Shown here one piece after another: positions 11,293 through 23,044 of a stretch of DNA of 64,000 nt. The position numbers and the translations under genes were made by a program. The first letter of the stretch is position 1. Each line of letters begins with the position of its first letter. This DNA is from Felis catus. Taxonomy: Eukaryota. The stretch is from NCBI RefSeq assembly GCF_018350175.1, contig NC_058378.1:83390001-83454000 (forward strand), read 5' to 3'. The notes under the pieces are model-generated. The model saw only the letters and a program-made list of their open reading frames with translations. It was not told where the DNA came from and made no database searches.

Positions 11293-13600
11293 CTACGCGT
11301 CTGTGTGGATACAGGCAGGCCACGAAATGAACCTACGCGGAAGCGTCAGCCCCGCGCCCTGGTAAGACAGCGGGAAGACCTCAGGTCCGGGGAGTGAGCT
11401 TGCCTTCACAATCCCGTGCCTCTGGTCCGGCCACTCGTTAGCCGGGGGGACCCTGCACACATCTTCGCTTACCTCTCTGGGCCTCGCTGGGCAGTGGGCT
11501 GATCGTGGCCCCTGCAGGGTGCAACCGGGCAGGCTGCGTGTGGAGACCGATGGCTGGTACTCTGCCCTCTTTCGACTCCGGTGTGTGCTCAGACTTGACA
11601 GACGGCGGCTCACTGATCACTCCGGTGTCGAATCACGCTGCTCCCGTCGGGAAGGCCCGGCCTCCGGATCGCCGTCCCCTGGCACGGTAGCTGTGTCTTG
11701 AAGACCCAGGTAGGGTGAATTAGCGGAAACGGAGGACCCTCGTGGACCAGCCTGTGTGGCTCTTGCTGCGCGAACCGCGCCCTGACCAACGCCGTGGTCA
11801 AGAGCAGGACCGCCCTGTAAGCTGCAGCTGTGAGAGCCCTTTAAGTCGTGTCCACCTGGGCACAGCTTCCTGGTGCTGGAGTATTTTAACTTGGCTGGAG
11901 ACGCGCTGGAGGGTCCTGGTGGGGTGTATGGAGCGGGCTCTGTCAGATGGAAGGATCTGGAAGGGCAGGGCGTACAGTGAGGACTCCCGGGGGGTATGAG
12001 TAGACCAACAGGTGGGCCAGAGGAGGACCGCAGTGGACGGACACCGGGTCTGATGGCGTCAGCTCTCCTTTCTGCTCTGAATCTCAATTGCACCTTGCTC
12101 AGGAAGGTGCAGCCCACTCTTCCTGTCATCACTCATCGATCGGCTTTTGCAAAGGTCTGTGCTACTGGCTTGGAAAGAGGTGTAGATGTTGTCTTTGTTC
12201 TTCATAACCCGGTGTCCAGGCTGGGAGGCAGGCAGAGTCCTAGGCGGGGCAGAGCCATGGGGTCGCGGTGGCACTTCCTTCCCCGTGACCTGCCTCTCGG
12301 GCTCCAGCCCGACCCGGCTGCTGAGCCTCCCCCTGTGTCCTTATCTGGCCACTCCGACCTCTGGCGCCCTGCACCCCGGACTCTGGCCAGTCGTCTGAGA
12401 TCACCAGCACACGCCCCTGCTGTGGTTACTGGAATAGAAAGAACTGAGAACTGGGAGGTGTGCCCTTACAGCTCTGATCTAGCTCCCTGGGGCACCGGCG
12501 ACAGATCTGTGCCCTGACTGTCAGTGCCTCATCTGCAAAAACAAAGCGGTTACGTGGAATCATCTACAGGCTCTTCATGGCTCCGAAAGCCACCTGCTCT
12601 GAGTCTGCCTGGGTCATCCACCTGCTTTCCCACTACGTGGCTGTGGGTCTGAATGTCCACCCCCACCCCCCACCCCCATCCCGGTTTCGTGGTTCGCGAC
12701 TTTACTCTGAACCGGACCCTCGCTCTGAACGGTTTAATTCACAAAAGCTTCGGTCTGATGATTGGGATCCTGGCCTGGACTCCCTTAGCCCTGTTTCTGA
12801 TCCAATGAAAACTTTTTAACCTTCAAGGACTTCATGCGCTCCTGTGCCTGGAGTCTCCCCACTGGTTTTATAATCAACTTCAGTTGACCAACGAAGAATT
12901 GATATCTGGCCCAAATGCATTCTTGTCAAACTGCGTAATTTTTACCTCCTGGTTCTTCTACTTTGTTCTGTGTTATTATAGATAACATTTAAGTAGCATC
13001 GCCTTAATTGTGTTTGCAGAACGTTATTTCTACAAGATATTAGGGGGCGTTTTGCAGGGACGTGGAGGACTGGGCCATAATGCAATCTCTTTGGGAGGCA
13101 CAAGTCAAATACATTTGAACTGATTTCATTAGTGCGGACCTTTGCCAGAGCTTTATCTATGCAAAGAGCATTGGGTGGGGGACCCTGGACTCCTCCAGCT
13201 CTGCCTCTCTCCTGCTGGGAGGCTGTGGGCCCACGGTCAGGAGCTGGAAATACATTGGCTTTGAGGTCCTGGTCAAGGTCTTCCGCTCCATGACTCTCCG
13301 TTGTATGATGTTTGTTCATTATCTCTTCTTCATAATCTATGGAGATGATTTTTGGGGGCATGGACAATAGATGAGATGTTACTGCCTGTGCTGTGGGAGG
13401 ACCCAGTGTCTGAAACACGGCATCTGCCCTCAAAGAGGTTAAACTCTCCTTGGGAAGGCAGGACATGCCAATCGTTTCCTGGTGATTCAGGCCACCTAAG
13501 GGAGGCTACAGAGAGGGAAGGACAGTGGTCTGGGCCTGTCACGGAGGTTTAATGGATGGCCTTGGACCTTAGGTGGGTATTGTAAGAAGGTGATATTTGG

Positions 13601-13869
13601 GGGGCGCCTAGGTGGCTCAGTTGGTTAAACATCCGACTCTTGATTTCGGCTCAGGTCACGATCTCATGGTTTGCGAGTTAGAGTACCACATTGAGCTCTG
13701 CTCTGACAGTGCGGAGCCTGCTTGGGATTCTCTCCCCACCCCCCACCCCTCTTTCTCTGTCTCTCTGTCTCTCCCTCTGCCCCTCCCCTGCTTGTATTCT
13801 CTCTCTCCCTCTCTCTCTCTCTCTGTGTCTCTCTCAAAATAAATACACTTAAAAACAATTTTTTTTTTA
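13601..13869 (+). mobile_element. Can-SINE ('ctcttgatttcggctcagg' subfamily)
   Basis: ggggcgcctaggtggctcagttggttaa head, (CT)n tract, AATAAA tail. Perfect 17-bp TSD aagaaggtgatatttgg (13584-13600 / 13870-13886). Confidence 0.96.
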
Positions 13870-14449
13870 AAGAAGGTGATATTTGGAAGATGGAGAACTT
13901 GGAGAAGGTACTTAGTGCAGATGGCCAAGGGGGCGGAGGCAGAAATGAGGATGGGGTGGTGCATTAGATGTCCTGTCATGGTGGAGAGGAGAGGACATTC
14001 ACCTCGATGCTGCAAGTAGAGAACTCAGTTTTACCCAAACTGGCTTTCTCTGCCTGGTCCTGGGCTCTTCCTGTCTGTCCATCGTCACTGCTCAGACTAC
14101 TACCTTCCACCTCATTGACTCATTTGTACCTTTAAAGATCAACCCTCTTCTACTCGTCTGTCTAGAGCGATCCTGGTATTTCCCCTTCTCTCTGAGTGAG
14201 AGGGCTCCAAGGGTCCCTCCTGCGGGCGTTGTCCTGCCTTCTCCCCTGCTTTGTTCTGAGGCACAGACGTGGGGACACCGGAAGCAGTGACGCTGGTTTG
14301 TGGCTTCGGGGACTGATGTGGAGAGTAATGCTATTCTGTCACGTCTGTAAGAACTAGGCTGGTACTTTACTGTAGAAGCCACAGCAGTACAAGGGCGTGA
14401 CAACTGTCGTCTCTGGGATGGGTATATTCACATTAAGCACTTTTAAAAA

Positions 14450-15200
14450 TTAATTAATTCGTTAATTTGTTGCACAAATACATTTACCTGAGCATCTTTC
14501 GTGTGCTGTGCACTTGTGAAACAGAGACAAGGCAAAGGCAGAGTCTTCGTTCAGGACGCTCACGGTCAACTAAGAAAGACGGCCACGATTAGCAAAGAAA
14601 TGAAAAGACCGTGCGGCAAATGTTACATTGAACTCTGTCCCCGTTTATCGTGCCCATATTCCAAACGCTATGCCAGATGCTTCACATTTTTTATTTTCTT
14701 TTTTCACTAAATGCTCCTAACAGTCTTCTCCAAGCGAGTAGTTGGTCTGAGGTTTGTATTGTTATGCATTTTACAGCCACAGAAATGAAACAACAAAGCA
14801 GAGTGAAGACGTACTCCATGGGATTCTCTGCTGTTCTCATGCAGGAACCAGGGGCACGGTAGATATGGGAGTGAAGGTTCTGGACACAGAGGAGAAGATA
14901 ACTGCCTGGAGAGCCAGGGAAGGCTTCACGGAGAAGGAAACACCCGAGTTGGGTCTTGTAGGATGAGTAAGAGTTTTTAAGGTATGAGTTTGGAGCACAG
15001 AAGAGAAAAGCATTTTTGGAAGAGGCACTGGCATGTGCAAAGGCCATGGGTCAGAGAAAAGGCGATTAGGGACCTGTGCGAGGTCAAGCCTAGTGCTGGG
15101 TGGGACGTTTGTGGCGTTCTAGAAGGGAGAGAGCTGAGGGCTGAGTAAGACCTCCTGCGAAGGTTCTTACATGTCAGGTGAGCAGTGTGTATTGTAAGCT
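14450..15200 (-). mobile_element. L2 fragment with probable embedded MIR (~14665-14810)
   Basis: 'cagggaaggcttcacggagaagg...gagttgggtcttgtaggatgagtaagagttt...gcatgtgcaaaggcc' is typical antisense L2. Confidence 0.65.
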
Positions 15201-15480
15201 GTTAATATCATGTATCCTAAGCCAGAGGAATTACATGAATGTCTCTCCTCTTTTCCCCAGCTTTACTAAAACAAAGCCACAAGGGGATTATGCAGTTGGA
15301 GGCCACATGTTTATGTGGGGATAGAAGTGTGGAGCAAACCATCCTTCGTTGCACGAGAGAATCACCTGTAGACCTTTCAATGGCACATAAGCGGCATGCA
15401 AGTTCCCCCTCCTCACTGCCCGTGGCACCTGTCCACGGTGGCCCTGCTCCATTGAGCAGCATTTTCTCAAAATTCCCATC

Positions 15481-16286
15481 GATTCCTCAAAAAGTTAGTC
15501 ATAGAATTGCTATAGGTAATTCCATTCCTAGGTATATGCACCAAGGAATTGAAAACAGGGACTGTATATTTCAAGTTTATTTATGTATTTTGAGAGAGAG
15601 AGAGAGGGAGGGAGAGGGAGCATGGAAGCAGGGGAGGAGCACAGAGAGAGGGAGAGACAGAATCCCAATCAGGCTGTGCGAGGTCACCTCAGAGCCCAAT
15701 GCAAAGCTCAATCCCACAAACCGTGAGATCATGGCCTGACCTGAAACCAAAAGCCGAAACCCTGAGCTTCACTGAGCCCCCCAGGTGCCCCAGAAAACAA
15801 ATATTTCTACACAGATGCTCATAGCAGCACTATTCATAATAACAAAAGGTGGTAATATCCCAAATGTCCATCAATAGCTGCATGGATAAATACAGCGTAG
15901 CGTATCCATGCAGTGGAATATTATTTGGCCATAAGAACGAATGGAGCATTGACACCTGTTACAACATGGGTGAACCTTGAAAACATCACACGGAATGAAA
16001 CAAGCCAGACAACAAAAGGCCACATATTGTACGATCTCATTGATAAGAAACATCTAGAACACACAAATCCATGGAGACCGGGAGCAGATTGGTGGTTGCT
16101 AGGGGCTGGGGGTAGGGGAATGGGGTGAATGCTAATGCGTCCAGGGTTTTATTTTGGGGTGAAGAAAATGTTTTGGAACTAGATGGAGGTGATGGTCGCA
16201 CAACAATGGAAATGTCATCAATGCCATTGAACGGTGAATCCTTAATTTTATGTTTTGTGAATTTCACAGCAATAAAAAAAAAAAAA
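15481..16286 (+). mobile_element. L1MB-type 3' end (ORF2 C-terminal remnant, 3' UTR, poly-A), interrupted by a SINE
   Basis: 'catagcagcactattcataataacaaaaggtgg...cccaaatgtccatcaa...aaccttgaaaacat...gattggtggttgctaggggctggg...aataaaaaaaa'. Confidence 0.88.
15569..15791 (-). mobile_element. Can-SINE nested in the L1MB copy
   Basis: Reverse head 'actgagcccccccaggtgcccc', GA tract, T-rich tail. Diverged copy. Confidence 0.9.
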
Positions 16287-17254
16287 GCCCCATGAACACC
16301 ATGCTTTGGTGAGCACTGCCTGTTGGCCAAGAGCTTCCAGTGGGCAGTGGGTGTCCAGGCATCCCGAGAGCCCCGGTCCCCCATTCTCGCCTCCGAGACC
16401 ATCCGCAGGCCTCCCGGGAAGAATGGATTCTTTACCATGGAAAGCGGTTATTTCCAAGTTGACCCTTTTGACTCTGTAAATCACTGTCTTGAATGCAAGA
16501 TAGTAAAGGGCAAAAATTATTCCTTTTCTATTCTTTTAATTGCCAGAATCAATAGGCATAATTGATTTGAATTGAGAAATAGTCTCCAGGTAACATTTAG
16601 GAAGAATCATTGAGATCGGCATGCCGAGATTGACTGCCTGCTGGGTACCCGTGGGTATCGCCCTCGGGATTCTGGCCCGGGAGCTGGCCACAGTGGTCAG
16701 GGTAAGAGAGTCTAGAGGGACGGCCCCTGTGTGGTCATTTGGACAGGACTTGGCTGCTTCTGCTCCTGTGAGGTCAGAGGATTGTGCCCTAAAACCATGC
16801 TGGGGGATGGGAGCTCTGCTCTCCACTCCTTATGGTCCAGTGCCAGGCAGGAGCCTCTGAGCAGTGGCCAGCCCCTCCCCCCAGCCCCCCGGAGCACCCA
16901 GGCTGGGCTGGAGCCCCTGAGAGGAGGAGCTGAGGCCTGCTGGAGCCACCTGCTGGGGCCCCTTTCAGAGTGAGCTTCCTGGCATCACGCCTGGCACGCT
17001 CACCTTGGGGCGGATGGCGACCCTCTCCTTCGGGTGTTTATTTCGGTGATGTGAGGCAGGGACGGCATGTGCTCCGAGCAGTTCACATCAGTGACCCCCT
17101 TGTCCACCTGGGCTTTTCTGGAACTACTGGAAGGGACAGCTCGTCCCAGAAGAGAAGCCGGTTTCCAGCCCAATACTCGGGGAGTCATATTTTTCAAAAT
17201 TCTGTTGAGTCCTGGTATCCTATGTTGGTTAGACAGCTCATCAATAGGACTGGG

Positions 17255-17393
17255 NNNNNNNNNNNNNNNNNNNNNNNNNNNNNNNNNNNNNNNNNNNNNN
17301 NNNNNNNNNNNNNNNNNNNNNNNNNNNNNNNNNNNNNNNNNNNNNNNNNNNNNNNNNNNNNNNNNNNNNNNNNNNNNNNNNNNNNNNNNNNNN
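17255..17393. other. Assembly gap (139 N)
   Basis: Run of N. Confidence 0.99.
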
Positions 17394-20300
17394 CCAGGGG
17401 GTTGCTTGGGATGAATTATTAATAAGAATCCCTTTCTACCCTGTACTTCCCACCCTGATTTTCTGGGAGTGGGCGTAGGTTGGGTGTCTGTTAGATACAT
17501 TTACTGCTCCTTTCATGCCGCTGGGGGCTTGGGGGTTATCCAGGTGTGGGGTTCATGTGTCTGGAGAAGGAGACGGACCCCAAACTCCAAGAACAAGGAA
17601 GGGTGGGGAAAGGCAGTGCCATACAGGGCTGTGCTGGGCTTGGTGCTTCACATTCCAACTGGAAACCGGAAGGGTATGGCTTTTGGGTGCGAGTTGAGGT
17701 TTCTAGAAGATTCGAGCCAGAAGGAGGATGCCAAGCAGCTCCGGTTTTCAGACCGGCCAGAGAGAATTCGGAGCCTTCTTCCTGCAGTCCCCCGGCCTCC
17801 CTCACTTCGCTGGTCATCGCGGGTGAGAGAGACCGCCGTTCCCCTGCTGCCCGATCTCGACTGTGTTTACTGAGCGGCAGCGAGAGCTCCCCAAAGCTCC
17901 CCCAAAGCACAGCAGCCCCCCGACAAGCCAGTGGTCGGACTCCAGAGCTGACGGGCGGCAAGCCTGATTTTTCCCGTTTTAAGAAGGGCAGATTTGTAGA
18001 AACATAAACATACTGGTAAGGGAATGTTGCGTAAAGTTTTACACTAATTCAATCGAGGATGATAGAAGTACTTACAACTCCTGCCAAATTGAACAACGAG
18101 GATCAGGGGGTTAATCTGGTTGTGCGGAACATCCCTGACCTTGGACAGAAGCCAAAGCCAGCGTTCCCGGCAATGTCTCCGCCGGCCCTGGTTTGTCTGC
18201 TTTTGTTCCCTCCCACCCCTCTCGATTCGCACTCTGCACGTACGGGCTCCCCGTGTCTTTGTCCTTCAAAACGTAGGAGCGGAGGTCTCCGCTGGGTTGC
18301 AGTCAACGACGAGGTGGGCAAGGACGGAGATTTCCGACGTTTCGGCAATGTAGACCACGGGGGGCGTGGTCCGATTTTCCACTTCGATTTGATGGTTGAC
18401 CGTCTGCAGGGTGTAACAGAAATGGCCTTTCCAGTTTGAAAGTGGCCGAGTCCGCTGGACTTCTTTGTTCAGCGGGTTTTGCAAGGCTAGCTCGGGTCCA
18501 CTGGGCCATACAAACGTGTATCCTCCCCCCCCCCCACCCCCTCGCCTCCGAAGTTTGAGGTGTCCTATCGGACGCCTTTTGTTTAACCCTCCAGGGAAAA
18601 CCACAAACCGTAAGCTTGACTGGAATTTTCATGTTGACAACTTCCTGCAGGTATGATAGGAACAGATCATTAGCGGTTGCCTGTGTTTGGCAGGAAGCGA
18701 AGTGAATGGCCGGGCGAGTCTATGGAAATGGTGACAGGGATGCCTCCGCTTTGTAGGGAGTTAAGAGCGTGACACATTTCTGAGGAAACCAGCCCTGTGC
18801 ACCACGGACGTTACTGGCACCACGTCCCCCTGAGCGGATTGACATTTTAAGCATGTAGGTGACCCCCAGGGCTTTTGAGGCAAATTTCCCTCCCTCCGTC
18901 TTCTCCTTCCCTCTCCATCCATTTCCCTCTTGGAAAAAGAGAGGGGGGGGGGGTGGGAGACAGAGAGAGATATCCCAGCTAAAGGTCTCTATAAGTTTTC
19001 ACACCCCTGGTGCATTATTATTATTTATTCACCTCATTTCATCAGAACTAAGGCCAGCTTTACAGGAGAAAAATTAGCTCTGTAAACAGTCAAAGCAGTA
19101 TCGGGCCTCCCCCTCCCCGGTGATGCTTGATAAGGGTCCTGGTGTTTGGAGGGCGTGACACGGCCAGCCTGCGGGCAGAGCCTGCTGGGGGTCTCCGTTG
19201 CGAACGGGAAAGTGACAAGAAAAGGACCCTGCGCTCCGGCGGCCGCGTCCCCACCTCCTACACGGACAAAGGAATCTACAGTGAGCAGTTCGTGCGTGTC
19301 GGAGCGGCCTGCTAGACATGGCAAAGTTTTATTTCTATTTATTGTCTGGCGATGATTGAAATACCCCTCCATGCCAGATCATAAACAGAAAGAAGCCCGC
19401 ATTTGGCTTTTGTTATCAGCGAAGAGAATTAAGGTTATTTTTTTCTTTGACTTTTTTTTCTTTTTCTTTCTTTTTCTTTTTTTTTTTTTTTTTAACAGCC
19501 CAGTACCTTGGCCGGATTCCAGTTCAGGTAATTACATTCTGTCTTCCTAAATTCCCCTGTAACTCCAATTGGGCAAGCTGCTCTTCTCTTGCCTCCTAAA
19601 AGCTGATGTGCGGGGTGCCTGGCATCGAACGGGGTGGCATTCCAATAGTGGGTCCCAAGGTGTTGCGCTGGAAATGCATTTCGAGCGGCTTCCGCACGCG
19701 GGGCTTGTGTGCAAATGGAAGTACTATTATTTATTGCTCTCTTCCACCAGCAGCTGCCAACCCGAAACTATCTCTGAATGACATTTTAAATATGAAGGCC
19801 AGGGTCATTAGGATGATTAGATACAAGGGTCCATTTTGTTCACCTCTAGAATTATTGGGTGCCGGGAAGCAGAATAGGGAAAGAAAGGGAAAGAAAACTC
19901 CTCCCATCTCCGGGAATGTCTCCTTTCCTGTGTTTCATTTTTCCACAAAATGGCTCTTTTTTTGTGTGTACGTTCTTTGCTTTTTTTTTTTTTTTTTTGC
20001 TATCTCCTGATTAAAATCTAGGAGGATTATTGGGCTTTTTGTTTTTGTTCGTAGGCATGGGTGGAAACGGGAGTATTTTCCATTTGTTCGGATAAAACGG
20101 CAGCCCCTTTTGAAAAAGTCCGAGAGTCCATTCGTTTACAGTTAATTCTTCAAATATTTATTGAGTACCTGCCACGTATCAGATCTTGTGAAAGGATTCT
20201 TTGGGCCATATACGCGCTTATTGTTTCCATCCTTTTCATTAATACTTAGTTTAATTGTGGATATCCGTGCGTTTTGCAATAGCATCTGTATTGACAAGCA

Positions 20301-21089
20301 AAGGAGGAGACGACATGTATGTTGTGTATGATGTGGTATGTAATCATCCCTCGTAGACAGCTGATGGTAGTGAAAAGTACATTTTCCAAGAATGACACCG
20401 ACATCCACCACAAAAGAGAATTTGGGGTGGGTACTGGGAGGCAAAAAAGAAAGTCTGTGTATGAAAACCACTTCCATTTTAAAGATAAACACGACAGTAA
20501 AGTGATTCCTTTTTCTAGCTGCCGTTAGAGGTTCAGGAAACTGCTGCCATGGGCCTGTTGTCAAACCCGTTTGTTTCATAATTCCTACAAAATAGGATGT
20601 GAGGGTTTCGTGGATGGCCTTTCTGCCGGAGGTGGGGTCTGATGCCCCGCACACACACCTGCCACTACCCTCCTACTCTGAGCTCTTCCCTCGTATCTAG
20701 AAGCAGGCAGATCTTCCCGGCACTTGTAATTGTTATTTTCTGTTGACTTTAATTTCCCCGCTCCGAATCCTGCCACCGTTAGATGCCATAAATCGGTGGC
20801 GCTATCCACCTATGCGTTGTGGTCAAAGCCACTCCGAGGGAAGCGGCCACGGCGTCTGGCATAAGGTCTTAACCTGCGTTTTGATAATAATTTATTATCG
20901 CCCCTTTACCCCCCCAATAGAATCATTCTCTACAAAGCACTGAGCCCAGGCAGATATTAAACAACTCAGCTCAGTCCAGTGGTCTCCTCTGGGCTTGTAA
21001 CTCTAGTGAATTGCATTTTTTTCTAATTACAGGAAAAGTAGCAAATTGGCAAACATCAGGAAGTGGGTACGCCCCCTCTGATTTACAAG

Positions 21090-21261
21090 NNNNNNNNNNN
21101 NNNNNNNNNNNNNNNNNNNNNNNNNNNNNNNNNNNNNNNNNNNNNNNNNNNNNNNNNNNNNNNNNNNNNNNNNNNNNNNNNNNNNNNNNNNNNNNNNNNN
21201 NNNNNNNNNNNNNNNNNNNNNNNNNNNNNNNNNNNNNNNNNNNNNNNNNNNNNNNNNNNNN
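21090..21261. other. Assembly gap (172 N)
   Basis: Run of N. Confidence 0.99.
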
Positions 21262-21764
21262 TCCCCAGATAATAGTCAGAGCTGCAGACCAAATTGTTGG
21301 AAAGAAACAGTTCTTTAATTTCGGTGTTTGGGGCTGTCTATATATTGTTTATGCGTATTCCCGTTGTGTATATGAGCAGAGATTTGCGGTGGCCTCACTT
21401 TTCCGGGCAATCAGGGTAATTTCCCTCCAGCCCAGAAGGCCTGCACTGCTGATAATCCCCGCACACGGTCCCCCACCCCCTCGGGGGACTTGGTGGCCCC
21501 CACATCAACTCCTCCCTTGGCATTTGTGAAATTCTGCCAAGAGCCAAGCGATCTACGGGAGAAATTAGGGAATCCGCGTCTATGGTGATGCTAATTTGTG
21601 TTTTGGAAATCACATTTTGCCGATCTGCTGAAATCATTTGTACCGTGAGGGTGACGTTCTTGTGCTCTCTGGGAAGCGCAGAGGCGTCGCCCCAACCCTG
21701 ATCCTGTCTTGGTTTCTCCGGGGCTTCCCCAGTCCGTCTCTCCAGACACCAGTTACTGGTAGAC

Positions 21765-21960
21765 CATTCCTCCATTCTTTAAATATTTCCTGAGCACCTA
21801 CTCTATGCAACGTAGTGTGCTTGGAGATGGGTTTGGGAGAGGCCGGCACCACCTCTGGCCCCTTGGGGTTTACGATCGATTGAGAGACAGAAAATAAAAC
21901 GAGCAAACAAGTGATGGCAGGAGTAATCACCAGTTGTGGTAGGCACACCGGAATTAAACA
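21765..21960 (-). mobile_element. L2 3' end fragment
   Basis: 'cattctttaaatatttcctgagcacctactctatgc' is an antisense L2 terminus. Confidence 0.55.
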
Positions 21961-22699
21961 TTCGAGGAGTTCTAAGAGAGCAGATGGGCTCACCTGCTAT
22001 GGCGGGGCCCTTGGAGGGGGTGACAGAGGTGGAGGCATGCAGCCCCCAGCCCTCTGCCCTAACTTCTCAGGGGCACCTCCTGCTCCTCTGCAGCAGCCGG
22101 AATCTTGGGGCAGCGCTGTTGATGGGTATGAATCAAAGGCTGGTCATAGCACAAGGCTCAGCGCGGCTAACCTACCTTTGAAGGGCGTTTCCGGTCTCAG
22201 TCTACCGCGTGTTGGTGTGGGACAGCTGGGCTCTCTCCTGTTCCTGGAGAGAACTGGTCATCTCAGCTGCGCACCGTTTAGGGGGCCCCTGACTTCATGC
22301 TGAGCTGTCCACCACCACCCCCCCCCCCAGGGCCCTCGCAGCACCATGGTGTGACCATCTTTCCTGGTTTCCAGGCTTGGGGTCAAGGGTCCCCTCTTCC
22401 CCGGTCTGTGTGCACTTGCCCGAACCCAGACAGGCTGCCCCAGCTCCTGGTCTAGATGAATCGCTGCCTAGTACTCTAGCCCCCTGAACACAAAATCTGG
22501 CTTTTCACTTCTCTTATGCCTTCAAGCCTAGATGCTTGGGTCTGACCTTTTTTGTGGGTAGTTGAGAACGGGGGGCACAAAAGTCTGAAACGTTTTCATC
22601 TTTTGTATAGTTATCTCCTAGAGAAAATACTCACTGTGTATTTATTTGTTTTTAAAGAGTAACTACGTTAAAATAGCTGAAGAAAAATTGGTACCTGCA

Positions 22700-22827
22700 G
22701 GTGCTAATGGGTGTTCGTTGGATTTACTGGTGTGGTCATTTTGTAAAATACACAAATATTGAATCATTATGCTATACACCTGAAGCTAATATAATGTTAT
22801 ATGTTAATTTTATTTCAGTATTAAAAA
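22700..22827 (+). mobile_element. L1 (L1MA9/L1_Carn-like) extreme 3' end
   Basis: 'acaaatattgaatcattatgctatacacctgaagctaatataatgttatatgttaatt'. Confidence 0.8.
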
Positions 22828-23044
22828 CGCGAAAACCTTCCAACTCATGAAATTTCTTATAATTAAAAATATGTTCTAACAAAATCAGGTTACTCAAATT
22901 AAGAGAAAAATAATTCTAATAAAATTAAATAAAAAAATACACGAACACCTCAGCGTATCACAAATATAAACATTCAAGAATGACAAATAACTGAGGAACA
23001 AAGAAGGACTTATGATGAGTGGCTAATCTATTTTTTCTTTGACT

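Larger units (their letters stand above)
6150..11900. promoter_or_regulatory. Broad CpG island cluster / CpG-retaining domain (sub-islands ~6150-6620, 8190-8450, 9000-9330, 9930-11900)
   Basis: High CpG density in both GC-rich and AT-rich parts, GC boxes, E-box palindrome ccgccacgtggcgg (6555-6568), almost no transposons. Confidence 0.8.
16300..21750. promoter_or_regulatory. Second CpG-retaining, transposon-poor domain with AT-rich enhancer-like blocks (CpG-densest ~17700-19700)
   Basis: Elevated CpG at moderate GC, clusters of TAAT/ATCAATA/TGATT motifs (e.g. 16535-16575), no recognisable SINE or LINE over about 5 kb. Confidence 0.55.

Noticed and set aside
12942-13466. 174-aa minus-strand ORF with a protein-like stretch (ISIDYEEEIMNK)
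   Set aside because: No family recognised and no supporting splice or pseudogene hallmarks (poly-A, TSD).
18451-18480. Hairpin followed by a T run resembling an intrinsic terminator
   Set aside because: Eukaryotic context; a 9-10 bp stem with G-U pairs is expected by chance.
18795-18815. Partial REST/RE1 motif (gcaccacggac)
   Set aside because: Both flanks deviate from TTCAGCACC..GGACAGCGCC; too weak to call.
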